Part shown: one piece after another, positions 9,489 through 17,441 of the stretch | Position numbering within the stretch: the stretch's first letter is position 1 | Layout of the letters: the number at the start of each line of letters is the position of its first letter | Origin: a virus | Taxonomy: Duplodnaviria; Caudoviricetes | IMG/VR virus record: IMGVR_UViG_3300044878_000197 | Location: 1-29,213 of that record | DNA: 29,213 nt | Strand: one strand, 5' to 3' | Made by a program: the position numbers and the translations under genes | The notes under the pieces: generated by a model | What the model was told of the DNA's origin: nothing | Databases searched by the model: none | What the model saw: only the letters and a program-made list of their open reading frames with translations

Positions 9489-9518
9489 CATAATACATGG
9501 TGTGTTATGCCAATACAA
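9489..9518 (-). promoter_or_regulatory. Sigma70 promoter with overlapping operator
   Basis: TTGTAT-N17-TATTAT; CATAATAC-ATGGT-GTGTTATG at 9489-9509. Confidence 0.75.
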
Positions 9519-9555
9519 TAGCACGCATTAATTTATTTGCAATTAATTGACATAT

Positions 9556-9855
9556 TTATTTGCGCCGTTGCTTCTGTGCCATTTTCTTTTTGGCCGACTT
9601 GGACATTGGCTTCCCTTGATCACTAGGGATCGGGGTGTTATTGAGCCAGCGAGGTTCCGTCGAAGGCATGTAGTAATCTGGCTGGCCATCTTCTTTCATT
9701 ATGAACGAGCCATCTGGATTTACTACAAATGACAAGTAAACAGTGGTCTGCGTGTCTACACAAAAGTGACGGAACTTAGAGTCTGGGTTCTCAGCGGCGA
9801 ATTTGATTACGTCGTTAAAGGTATCGAAATCTTTTTGGTCGTAGATGCGCGTCAT
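9556..9855 (-). CDS. Hypothetical early protein with a basic C-terminal tail
   Basis: 99 aa, GAGG RBS, own promoter. Confidence 0.7.
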   Translation of the reverse strand: MTRIYDQKDFDTFNDVIKFAAENPDSKFRHFCVDTQTTVYLSFVVNPDGSFIMKEDGQPDYYMPSTEPRWLNNTPIPSDQGKPMSKSAKKKMAQKQRRK

Positions 9856-9908
9856 AAAAGCCTCTCGTCTTGGTCATGGAGCCAGGTTCACTGCCCGGCG
9901 ATCCATTA

Positions 9909-9937
9909 ATCGTACGCAGCGGGTATGGCCAAGGCAA
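9909..9937 (-). promoter_or_regulatory. Sigma70 promoter without the CI-type operator
   Basis: TTGCCT-N17-TACGAT. Confidence 0.6.
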
Positions 9938-10032
9938 GCTTTTTGCGGCCAAATCAAAGAAATAAATTGACAACATAGGATAATGATGAGTCTCACATAG
10001 GATAATGATTACCCCTAAATTGCTTTGATGAC

Positions 10033-10055
10033 AAAAAAGCCGGCTTTCGCCGGCT
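10033..10055 (-). terminator. Intrinsic terminator
   Basis: AGCCGGC-GAAA-GCCGGCT plus T run. Confidence 0.8.
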
Positions 10056-10071
10056 CTTGATGTACTTGGAC

Positions 10072-10707
10072 TTAATCGAGTCGTCTCAATGGCGCGTGCC
10101 TGATTGCGTATCCATCCAGATCGTCGCAGACATTGTTTGGATCGAACAGAACGATGGTCGACTCGGCAGAGTTGTCGATCAGGTACAGTTGCAGCATGCC
10201 ATCATCTTCCGCAAAAACCTCGTAGTAGGCACCATGCCCGACTGAGTAAAGCGTTCCTACTCCATCAAATGAACTGCTGTCGAGGTAATCACGCTTGATG
10301 CCGTAGATCGAGATCATCTCGGAAGCCTCGGCAGCGTTGACGATGTCGTGAGTCCTGAAGACCCTGCCATAGATGGATTTGGCCGCAAAGGCTGGCAAAG
10401 GAACTGACTCGCCATCAATCAAGGCCATGTTGCTTCTTGTGTCGTAAGCCACCCAGCCGTGATCCTGGATGTATCGGCCCTCAAGGCTGCTGAGCTTGAT
10501 TACCAGCGGATCAAAGCGTGCGCCGGTGTACTCCAGGCAGATCCTGTCAAAGTAGTGAAAAACGACCCTCAGGGTGCATCCTGCAGGGAAGCTCTCGATG
10601 TTGAACCTGTCGCCAAAGTCGTTTGAGTAGTAGCCAGGATTGGCGATCCCGAATTTACTGATCAGGTCGCTGGCTTCGTTGGCTGTGATGATGTCGTTGT
10701 GTTTCAT
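10072..10707 (-). CDS. Hypothetical early protein with an internal duplication
   Basis: Start moved to ATG 10707 (AAGG RBS, downstream of the promoter); two similar segments HNDIITANEASDLISKFGI and THDIVNAAEASEMISIYGI. Confidence 0.75.
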   Translation of the reverse strand: MKHNDIITANEASDLISKFGIANPGYYSNDFGDRFNIESFPAGCTLRVVFHYFDRICLEYTGARFDPLVIKLSSLEGRYIQDHGWVAYDTRSNMALIDGESVPLPAFAAKSIYGRVFRTHDIVNAAEASEMISIYGIKRDYLDSSSFDGVGTLYSVGHGAYYEVFAEDDGMLQLYLIDNSAESTIVLFDPNNVCDDLDGYAIRHAPLRRLD

Positions 10708-10740
10708 GGTCTTGGCCTTATTGTTATGCTTCATTAATTA

Positions 10741-10770
10741 CATAATACACAGTGTGTTATACTGATGCAA
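10741..10770 (-). promoter_or_regulatory. Sigma70 promoter with overlapping operator
   Basis: TTGCAT-N17-TATTAT; CATAATAC-ACAGT-GTGTTATA at 10741-10761. Confidence 0.75.
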
Positions 10771-10809
10771 CACTATTTATGTATTAATTGACAAATAGTT
10801 TTTGTTGGC

Positions 10810-10834
10810 AAAGAAAAGCCGGCTTGCGCCGGCT
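10810..10834 (-). terminator. Intrinsic terminator after the relaxase gene
   Basis: AGCCGGC-GCAA-GCCGGCT plus T-rich tail. Confidence 0.8.
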
Positions 10835-10849
10835 GGTTACTGAGGTTGA

Positions 10850-12109
10850 TCAGGCCAGGTTGAGATCCTTTTGAAGCGGAGGTTGGTCAGGATGGAAAAT
10901 AGGGAACTCTTCGTTTGGATTCCATTCCGTGTACCCTGACCCTTTGGCGTTCCCTGGTTTAGCGGTGTAACGAACGCCACCAAATAGCATTTCCAGCAGT
11001 TTCATGATCATCTCGACAAGCTCCATTGCCTGGCGGTATGCGATTTCGGCTCTAACTTGATCACCGGTTTTTCCTGTGTTTCTAACCTTGAGTTTGATAA
11101 ATGGGGCTCTGGCGGTGTTTTCGGGGATAAAGTACATGTAGATCCAGCCCCGGTTTGAGTAGTATCTTGCTCCGTTTTTTCCGAAGACAGGCTGTTCTCC
11201 ACCCTTTCTATTTCTTCTTGAAACTTCAACTTTAAGCTGTGGAAGCATGCTTTGGTCATAACGTATTCCTTCTTGCCCTGTCAGTTTTTGCCAAGTGCAC
11301 CTGGCTTTTTTTAGTTTGCTGCCAGCGATAACTCTGTCGCCGTATTCATAGCTGATACCCTTCGGAGCCCCATTCACATCCATCCGCAGGTGGACGTATA
11401 CACCCTGCCTGCGAAGAGCCCTTACGAGCATGCACATGTCGCCGTTGCGCTCTTTGGTGCGCTTCACGCAGCCTGCGATCTTGGCCATGAGGCGATGCTC
11501 AAAAGGCATTGTGCCGGCCTTTTGGGCGCCAATCACAGTGCGCGCATCTACTGTTGGGTTCCACGACTTCTCCGGCCTCACAGCCTTTTTGAGCCCAAAC
11601 TTTTCTTCTAATGCCCACACGGCCTTCATATTCTTTTCGTGGTCATCCTTGTCGCTGATGACTTCGTAGCCTGGTTCGTTGCATATCCTGTTAATTACCA
11701 GGTGAACATGAGGGTTATCGGTGTCACCGTGGTAAGTTGCAACTACTTTGTTTGAACTTTTGAACCCCATCTCTTTGAGCCAGAAGATAACGGCCTCTCT
11801 CCATTGATCTTCATTAAGCCGCTCTTCCTTGTTGATTGAGAGAATCCAGTGGGCTATCGGCCTTAATGGAACTTTCCTGTTTCCCTCTGACCCAATCTTA
11901 AGCTTAGTTGGGACGTCCATATCTAATATCATTGACTCCATGTCATCTTCATCTTTGCGGTGTATTCCAATCTCAGGTCTAAATGCTGCACAGTTAGTAT
12001 AAATGGTCTTTATCTTAGATATGCCATGGTCATGTTTCTTACTTCCGTAGACATATCTAATTCTGTTTCTGGATGATCCTTTAGATGCTTTAAGCTTCTT
12101 ACCAATCAT
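10850..12109 (-). CDS. MOB_P (VirD2/TraI-like) relaxase
   Basis: Catalytic Tyr near the N-terminus (RIRYVYG), motif II AHWILS...EERL, 3H motif HGDTDNPHVHLVINRI, LEEKFGL, GISY. Confidence 0.93.
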   Translation of the reverse strand: MIGKKLKASKGSSRNRIRYVYGSKKHDHGISKIKTIYTNCAAFRPEIGIHRKDEDDMESMILDMDVPTKLKIGSEGNRKVPLRPIAHWILSINKEERLNEDQWREAVIFWLKEMGFKSSNKVVATYHGDTDNPHVHLVINRICNEPGYEVISDKDDHEKNMKAVWALEEKFGLKKAVRPEKSWNPTVDARTVIGAQKAGTMPFEHRLMAKIAGCVKRTKERNGDMCMLVRALRRQGVYVHLRMDVNGAPKGISYEYGDRVIAGSKLKKARCTWQKLTGQEGIRYDQSMLPQLKVEVSRRNRKGGEQPVFGKNGARYYSNRGWIYMYFIPENTARAPFIKLKVRNTGKTGDQVRAEIAYRQAMELVEMIMKLLEMLFGGVRYTAKPGNAKGSGYTEWNPNEEFPIFHPDQPPLQKDLNLA

Positions 12110-12479
12110 AGCCTTCCCCTTCTTCAGATATTTCGCTAAGTTTAACTACGTCGAGGTCTTTGTATATATACCTGATTATATTCATAATCTTCTTTTGGAT
12201 CTTGTGGTTCTCTTTCTTGTCATTTGGTATCAAATCAAAAAGCTCACTAAGATAAGTTCCGATCATGTCGATATCGGGACTGATCACGAACTTAGTCTTG
12301 TACTGCTTGTTGATTACGATGTCGCGGAACAGGGCTGATGCGGATGGATAGCCTGTGGCCTCTAGGACTTTGTTGACGATGACTCTATCCTCGGAGCTGA
12401 CTCGAACGTTAAAGCTTCCGTCAGACTTTGGTGGCTTTTTCTTCTTAGTTTCGGTTTTGGTGATGGTTTGGTCGGTCAT
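12099..12479 (-). CDS. MobC-like relaxosome accessory protein (ribbon-helix-helix)
   Basis: FNVRVSSEDR...ATGYPSASALFRD RHH pattern; overlaps the relaxase start. Confidence 0.75.
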   Translation of the reverse strand: MTDQTITKTETKKKKPPKSDGSFNVRVSSEDRVIVNKVLEATGYPSASALFRDIVINKQYKTKFVISPDIDMIGTYLSELFDLIPNDKKENHKIQKKIMNIIRYIYKDLDVVKLSEISEEGEGYDW

Positions 12480-12544
12480 GTCTTTTACTCTGTTTTGGTT
12501 TCAGCAGTTGCCTGCATAAATACAGAGTGCTCTTGGAGCAAAAC

Positions 12545-12680
12545 TACGCGCAACCCCCACAAGGGGGTGAGCAACAGATAAATCGAAGATTGAACGTCAG
12601 GAGTGTATACCGCTGACATAACTTGTTTCTTGTATAGCACTAGATTTCCCGCTCTCCACCTGGGTTTGTATACCATTGGC
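12545..12680 (+). other. Probable origin of transfer (oriT)
   Basis: Upstream of mobC; inverted repeats ACCCCC-ACAA-GGGGGT (12553-12568) and GTCAG...CTGAC (12596-12617), then ATAACTTG^T with RP4-like 8-nt spacing; contains GGAGTGTATAC as recalled from the ColE1/pBR322 bom site. Confidence 0.55.
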
Positions 12681-13599
12681 GAGGAAAATTGAGTGGCAAA
12701 AAAAAGATCGATCAGGCAGTTGATTTAGTGTCCCAGATTTCGACCTTTAACGACCTTTTTGATGCCTAGTGACCCATTTTGAGGACTTTGTGGGTTATCT
12801 GCTTCCACCCTCATCAATTCCAAAAAACACCAATCCAACACCCGCAGATCAAATTGATACTGAGCTAGGATCTGAGTGGTCTAGATTTGGATGGTTTGAT
12901 GGCTTTGAGTGTCCTGGGGCCCATCTTTTGATCTGGACTAGAGATATGGCGGCGGGCTATTGCGATGACTTCATGAGATTTACTCATGATGTTTGAGTGT
13001 GGCCAGGTGAATTTCCGGCAACTTAGTGGGATATATTGATTGTTGCTAAGTTATCAATAATTAGCCGCCGCATGCTGCGTCGAATGGACGAACTATTGAT
13101 GCTATTGATGTTTGCATGGCAACTATTGAGAACCACGCGAACATAATGCGCGAAGTAACGTGCGAAGTAATAGTAGGCCTTAAGATGAGGTGATTCTACG
13201 ATGTATGTTGCAGCACCTGTCAACTTATTTATCAACTTTAATCATCTTCTGTTTGTTTTATGATCAATATATTGCTCATATTGACAATCATTATCGACGG
13301 CCAACTCTTCGGCAATCATTCCATCCTGACCAACCTCCATCTTGCATCACCGCTGGAGATATTCCGATGTACTTGATATCGATTGTCATCATTCAGAACG
13401 ATTAAGTTCGCACTTGCTGCTGACCCGTAGATGATTATCTACTTACTTGAGAGTCATTGTTGTTTCTGTTTGTCTTTTTGCTTTTGTCTTTAAGTTCTTT
13501 TATTGCTGCTTATTGTCAATTCAAAAGTGCTTTGAATCAAAAACAAAACATTTAAAAGCTTGCCTGCTTACTGTAAAAAACCTTACGCAGGTTTGAGAG

Positions 13600-14030
13600 C
13601 TGAGGGTTTTCTTCTGGCAATACATCACCAAGAGCTTCGGATCCTCCCCGCCCCGTGAGGGGTTAGTTTTGATCGAAAAAGCCCTTAGCGATTGCCTAGA
13701 GATCCAACGCTGGCCCGAGCCGCCGATGGGATTCCCCTGGAGGCCATCAGGATGTGTCCCTGGCCCTGTCTAAGTCACGCCACACAGCGGCGCCAGATCA
13801 CCGTCTTAGACCGCCCCTACGCACTGACATCGCGACCGAGGATTGCTCCAGCATAGTCGCACCGCACGCACGTAGGAACTACTCATTCCGGTTGGGGTCG
13901 CGTCTGCGTCAGTATCCCAAATTCACGCCCGATTGCCCCGTCGTCACTATACCATCCACCGACAATCGCACGGCGAGCAAAGGTCGCGCCGGCAATTTAT
14001 CAACAATGCCACTGGACACGCAAGAGAAGC
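13600..14030 (-). ncRNA. Structured RNA, candidate ColE1 RNA II-like replication pre-primer and origin
   Basis: No credible ORF; nested stems (13823-13837 with 13896-13913, 13768-13774 with 13805-13811, 13742-13746 with 13761-13765); G tracts; blocks collinear with the remembered ColE1 origin. Confidence 0.55.
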
Positions 14031-14089
14031 CGAATATATTTCAGTGAATTGACAATAATGGTCACCGGAAACCAAAATGCCGAACCAAC

Positions 14090-14362
14090 ATGGAGCCAGG
14101 CATGAAAGACCCACACGACAGCTCGACCATCGACATAATCGCCAGCCAGTTCCCTGAGTCAGTCAAGCCAAGGCGAGGACGGCCACCGAAGGGCGCCAGG
14201 GCCCTCTCAGGCAGCGAAAAGAACAAAGCATACAGAGATCGCCAGGAAAAGCTTGGGCGTCGTCCCAGAACGCTCTGGCTAAGCGACAAAGAGGTTGAGG
14301 TAATCAGCAGGTGGCTTGACTCAAGTCGCACCAAAAGACTGTCGACGCCCAGGAGCTCCTGA
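14090..14362 (+). CDS. Small basic DNA-binding protein (AT-hook-like RRGRPP plus helix), candidate replicon regulator
   Basis: STIDI...KPRRGRPPKGARALSGSEKNKAYRDRQ...TLWLSDKE resembles YbfE/CopB-like small regulators; upstream TTGACA-N18-CAAAAT. Confidence 0.65.
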   Translation: MEPGMKDPHDSSTIDIIASQFPESVKPRRGRPPKGARALSGSEKNKAYRDRQEKLGRRPRTLWLSDKEVEVISRWLDSSRTKRLSTPRSS

Positions 14363-14518
14363 GAGCTCGTATAAGCGCGTCAGGCGCACAACCCTAGCGA
14401 GACATCAAAGAGGCTCGGGAAACGTCTGGTAGAGGGCGCCACGGAGGGGATGTTTTGACCTAAAGGCGTTTGCTTACAAACAAACGCTCAAGGTTGATCA
14501 GGAAGGAAAGTAGTCAGC

Positions 14519-14905
14519 TTAGGCTTGGCCTGGCGTAGGCATGACCTCGCATTCAATGTCTGGGTAAAGGTCAAGTCTCATGGCTCGCCCCGTGGCGGTC
14601 TCGGTAGATAACAGAGCATCGACCCACCGAGCTTTTTCGTATGCAATGGCCGCGTTTAGGGCGATCCTGATCGCAGCACCACTCCCCTTCGCAAAAACCC
14701 ACCGCTTACTCCCATTGACGCGCACCTTAACGCTTGGGACGTATTTTGCGATCACGCTGGCGTAGGTGCCAGGGACGTCCAGGAACTCGCCATCCTTTTC
14801 ATCAGTCACTGACATCCCGCGCATCATCTCGCCCGCTGATATCAGGGCACCGAGGTAAAAGGATCGGCCCAGCTTTGCGTATGCATCTTTGATAAAGTCG
14901 TACAT
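14519..14905 (-). CDS. Hypothetical protein
   Basis: 128 aa ORF starting directly after the heptad array; no clear RBS. Confidence 0.5.
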   Translation of the reverse strand: MYDFIKDAYAKLGRSFYLGALISAGEMMRGMSVTDEKDGEFLDVPGTYASVIAKYVPSVKVRVNGSKRWVFAKGSGAAIRIALNAAIAYEKARWVDALLSTETATGRAMRLDLYPDIECEVMPTPGQA

Positions 14906-14908
14906 TTT

Positions 14909-14992
14909 TCGGATCTCGGAATTCGGATTTCGGATAGTGCATATCGGATTGCAGACATCGGAGATCGGATTAGCGATATCGGATATCGGACA
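14909..14992. repeat. Heptad array (12 in-phase units, consensus TCGGATW), probable centromere (site B)
   Basis: TCGGATC TCGGAAT TCGGATT TCGGATA GTGCATA TCGGATT GCAGACA TCGGAGA TCGGATT AGCGATA TCGGATA TCGGACA directly downstream of the par operon. Confidence 0.8.
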
Positions 14993-14993
14993 T

Positions 14994-15020
14994 AAGAACC
15001 CCGCCGTTAAGCGGGGTCTT
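14994..15020 (-). terminator. Terminator of the par operon
   Basis: AAGACCCCGC/GCGGGGTTCTT hairpin. Confidence 0.65.
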
Positions 15021-15033
15021 GGTGGTGCAATTG

Positions 15034-15297
15034 TCAGATCACGCCCTGGGCCTTCAGCGCCTCGAGGATTACAGCACTGATCGACCTCGGCCCCGTCTTA
15101 GAGCGCTTGTTCTTCTCTACGATGGTCTGGATCTTCCAGCTATCGCTTTCCCTGAGGCTGACGGATAGCTTTGTCAGTGGATCATGCTCCGGCTTGTCCT
15201 CAACGGTCGGGGTGACACCGTAGGGGCGATCCGGGTTGGTGACTGCAGCAATCTGCGCCTCGGTCAGTTCCTTCCTTTCGCTTCGTGGCTTAGGCAT
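15034..15297 (-). CDS. Type Ib centromere-binding protein (ParG-like RHH)
   Basis: Small, coupled to parA; flexible N-terminus then LTKLSVSLRESD...SISAVILEAL. Confidence 0.75.
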   Translation of the reverse strand: MPKPRSERKELTEAQIAAVTNPDRPYGVTPTVEDKPEHDPLTKLSVSLRESDSWKIQTIVEKNKRSKTGPRSISAVILEALKAQGVI

Positions 15298-15961
15298 GAG
15301 CAAGAACCTCGTCTACAAAATCCAAGAGCTCTTTTTTGGCCTTGGCATTTTTCATCTCTGTCACAGCAAGGCCATTTTCCGAGGTGTCGATAAACACCTG
15401 GCGATTGCTATTGATGGACTCAAGCAATGTAAACGACGGGAAGTCATCTACGCACTTTTTGAACTGAGCGCGCTCTTTTTCCCGAATCTTGCAATTTGTC
15501 GAGGCCATGGTGTGATAAATCAACACAGGAGGAGCGTACCCGGTCGAATCCTTTATGAATTTCAACTGGGCCTCCAGTTCGTCCATCGTGTCCAGGTCGT
15601 ACTGCGAGCATTTGTATGGCGCGACGAGCAGATCTGCAATCGGCAGCGCGCTCACGAGTTCCGGGCTGATGCTGCCTGATACGTCAACGATGCAGTAGTC
15701 GTAGTCGCCGGCGATTGTCTTGATGTGCCCTGCAATAGCACCACGGCGGGAGCCGACAGTGATAACTGGAGTGGCATCGATGCTCTCGCGATAAGTGGCC
15801 CATTTGCTCGAGGAGTTTTGCTTGTCACAATCGAGGATGTAGACCTTGTTGCCCATCTGACCAAGCACAACGGCCAGGCCGGTAGCGGTAGTCGTTTTCG
15901 CCGTGCCGCCCTTATTGCAGCCGACGATGATGATTTTCATACGTTTTTTGGTAGCGTTCAT
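15290..15961 (-). CDS. parA: ParA family partition ATPase (short, type Ib)
   Basis: Deviant Walker A KGGTAKTT, LDCDKQNS, YDYCIVD; no N-terminal HTH. Confidence 0.93.
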   Translation of the reverse strand: MNATKKRMKIIIVGCNKGGTAKTTTATGLAVVLGQMGNKVYILDCDKQNSSSKWATYRESIDATPVITVGSRRGAIAGHIKTIAGDYDYCIVDVSGSISPELVSALPIADLLVAPYKCSQYDLDTMDELEAQLKFIKDSTGYAPPVLIYHTMASTNCKIREKERAQFKKCVDDFPSFTLLESINSNRQVFIDTSENGLAVTEMKNAKAKKELLDFVDEVLAHA

Positions 15962-15982
15962 TTTTTATACCCTTGGTCGTTT

Positions 15983-16060
15983 TATCCGATATCGGATTTC
16001 TTACTTCGGATATCTGAGATCCGATTAACTACATAGTAGCACGGATCTCATAGCTGTCAA
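15983..16060 (-). promoter_or_regulatory. par promoter with a heptad operator array (site C)
   Basis: TTGACA-N16-TACTAT with extended TG (16033-16060); six heptads in mixed orientation at 15983-16024. Confidence 0.75.
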
Positions 16061-16080
16061 CACTATATGTAATATATTTA

Positions 16081-16452
16081 TTACTTAATGTCGGCATCTG
16101 GCTTTGCAGGCCGCAGCTTGTGCTTGCATATCAGACCGGATACGTAGTTCCTGCTGACACCGGCAAGCTCTGCAATCTGAACGTTTGAAAGCCCCTCCAG
16201 CGCGCCCTGCTTGACGATCTTCATGGTCGCCTCAGCTTTGGCCAGCCTCTTGGGGTTGTAGCTGACAGCCGTCTTTTTATGAGCGGCCTTTTTATCTTCG
16301 ACAGCAAAGCCAAGGTCATATGCGGTGACCCCCATCTTGATCACCTGGATCTCACCGCCAGTAGCTATGAAATCTTCGACGGCCTTGTCCAGATCAATTT
16401 GGATAGGGGCTTTGTATTTGCTCGCGTTTTCGAAAGAATATGGGTTAAACAT
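16081..16452 (-). CDS. SutA-like RNA polymerase-binding segment fused to a C-terminal HTH
   Basis: LDKAVEDFIATGGEIQVI resembles the remembered SutA core LAKAMEEFLSRGGKVQEI; GLSNVQIAELAGVSRNYVSGLI HTH; start set at ATG 16452. Confidence 0.65.
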   Translation of the reverse strand: MFNPYSFENASKYKAPIQIDLDKAVEDFIATGGEIQVIKMGVTAYDLGFAVEDKKAAHKKTAVSYNPKRLAKAEATMKIVKQGALEGLSNVQIAELAGVSRNYVSGLICKHKLRPAKPDADIK

Positions 16453-16522
16453 TTTTTGACTCACACATATATATAGTAGTGGGAGCCTCAGCCCCCACCG
16501 GAAACATTGGGGAGGCGTTGCG

Positions 16523-16945
16523 TCAGGCCAGGTAATGGGCCGCCGCGAATGGGATGTCATCATCTTTGAGCGGTGACTGATCCGGGCCATTGGTGCCCTG
16601 CTGGGACTGCTCAGCCGCTGCGGCTTCAGCGCCCTTGCCACCGGCCAGCTTGACGGTCACAGCGCGTCCGGCGAGCTTGTACTTGACCGACTGATCTTTG
16701 CCCGAAAAAGTTTCGACATGAACATCATCTGCGGAAAAGTAGACCTGCTGGCCGGACTTCAACAGCGGCGCAAAGGTCTCGGCCTGCTTAGCCCAGAACG
16801 TAAGGTCGATCCATTGCGTTGGGCGCTTGCCGTCTTCGCCTTTTACGCCATGTTCATAGGCTACTGGTACGGTAAAAACGGAGGTGCCATTTGCTGTGGT
16901 GCGCAACTCTGCATCGCGACCAACACGGCCAAGATTCGAAAGCAT
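16523..16945 (-). CDS. ssb: Single-stranded DNA-binding protein
   Basis: GRVGRDAELRTT OB-fold start, TQWIDLTFW, acidic DDDIPF near the C-terminus. Confidence 0.93.
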   Translation of the reverse strand: MLSNLGRVGRDAELRTTANGTSVFTVPVAYEHGVKGEDGKRPTQWIDLTFWAKQAETFAPLLKSGQQVYFSADDVHVETFSGKDQSVKYKLAGRAVTVKLAGGKGAEAAAAEQSQQGTNGPDQSPLKDDDIPFAAAHYLA

Positions 16946-16976
16946 ATAAATTCTCTATATATAAAGGAGGGGCGAC

Positions 16977-17132
16977 TTATCGTCGCTTACGCTCAAGAAT
17001 GCGGATTTTGACTTCGGCACAACCTCTGGACATGGCAAAGCCAACGCATTTGCGTGTCGCTACGTCGAGTATGTGGAAAAAATCAGATGAGGCCTGGATG
17101 GCCTGGTAGTGCTGCTGGGATGTTGTTTCCAT
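16977..17132 (-). CDS. Small phage protein (51 aa)
   Basis: ATG 17132 after GAGAGA; FFHILDVATRKCVGF resembles small Pseudomonas prophage proteins. Confidence 0.6.
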   Translation of the reverse strand: METTSQQHYQAIQASSDFFHILDVATRKCVGFAMSRGCAEVKIRILERKRR

Positions 17133-17144
17133 TTCGATTCTCTC

Positions 17145-17340
17145 GTCTCTTTGTGATTTTTGGTGTCCGTCTTTCCGGACTGTCAGACCCTGTGTAGCTG
17201 CACGGACGGGCCCGTCCGACTGTAAGCCATGAGTAGGCCGCAGCTGCATCCATTTATTGACGTACCGAACGCTCGGGCCATGGATGACCGTCACAGCTAA
17301 TTCGGCAGCGCTCCCGAACGGCGCACGGTTAGCTAACGAA
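17145..17340 (-). ncRNA. Structured 5' leader of the leftward early transcript
   Basis: Successive stems AGCTAA/TTAGCT, CATCCAT/ATGGATG, AGCTGC/GCAGCT enclosing CGGACGG/CCGTCCG, and GTCCG-GAAAGA-CGGAC. Confidence 0.55.
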
Positions 17341-17344
17341 GGCA

Positions 17345-17373
17345 AGACTACGATGCGTATAGGCCTCTGTCAA
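17345..17373 (-). promoter_or_regulatory. Leftward early promoter
   Basis: TTGACA-N17-TAGTCT. Confidence 0.75.
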
Positions 17374-17395
17374 TATATGTCAAATCTTTGGACGC

Positions 17396-17420
17396 AAAAA
17401 AGCCCGCGCTTGGCGGGCTT
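17396..17420 (-). terminator. Terminator after the repressor gene
   Basis: AAGCCCGC/GCGGGCTT stem plus T run. Confidence 0.8.
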
Positions 17421-17441
17421 CATGTTTTTTGGTGTATTGAC

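Noticed and set aside
13130-13175. Possible Xer dif/cer-like site near ACATAATGCGCGAAGTAACGTGCGAAGTAA
   Set aside because: No XerD arm (TTATGTTAAAT-like); only a short GCGAAGTAA duplication
12485-13440. Short ORFs between mobC and the structured RNA
   Set aside because: No convincing RBS or motifs, mutually overlapping; more likely oriT and origin-flanking non-coding DNA
13754-14047. 97-aa ORF across the RNA II-like region
   Set aside because: No RBS or protein-like features; the region is better explained by RNA structure
17160-17195. Hammerhead-like look of CTGACAGTCCGGAAAGACGGAC
   Set aside because: Lacks the CUGANGA and GAAA core arrangement
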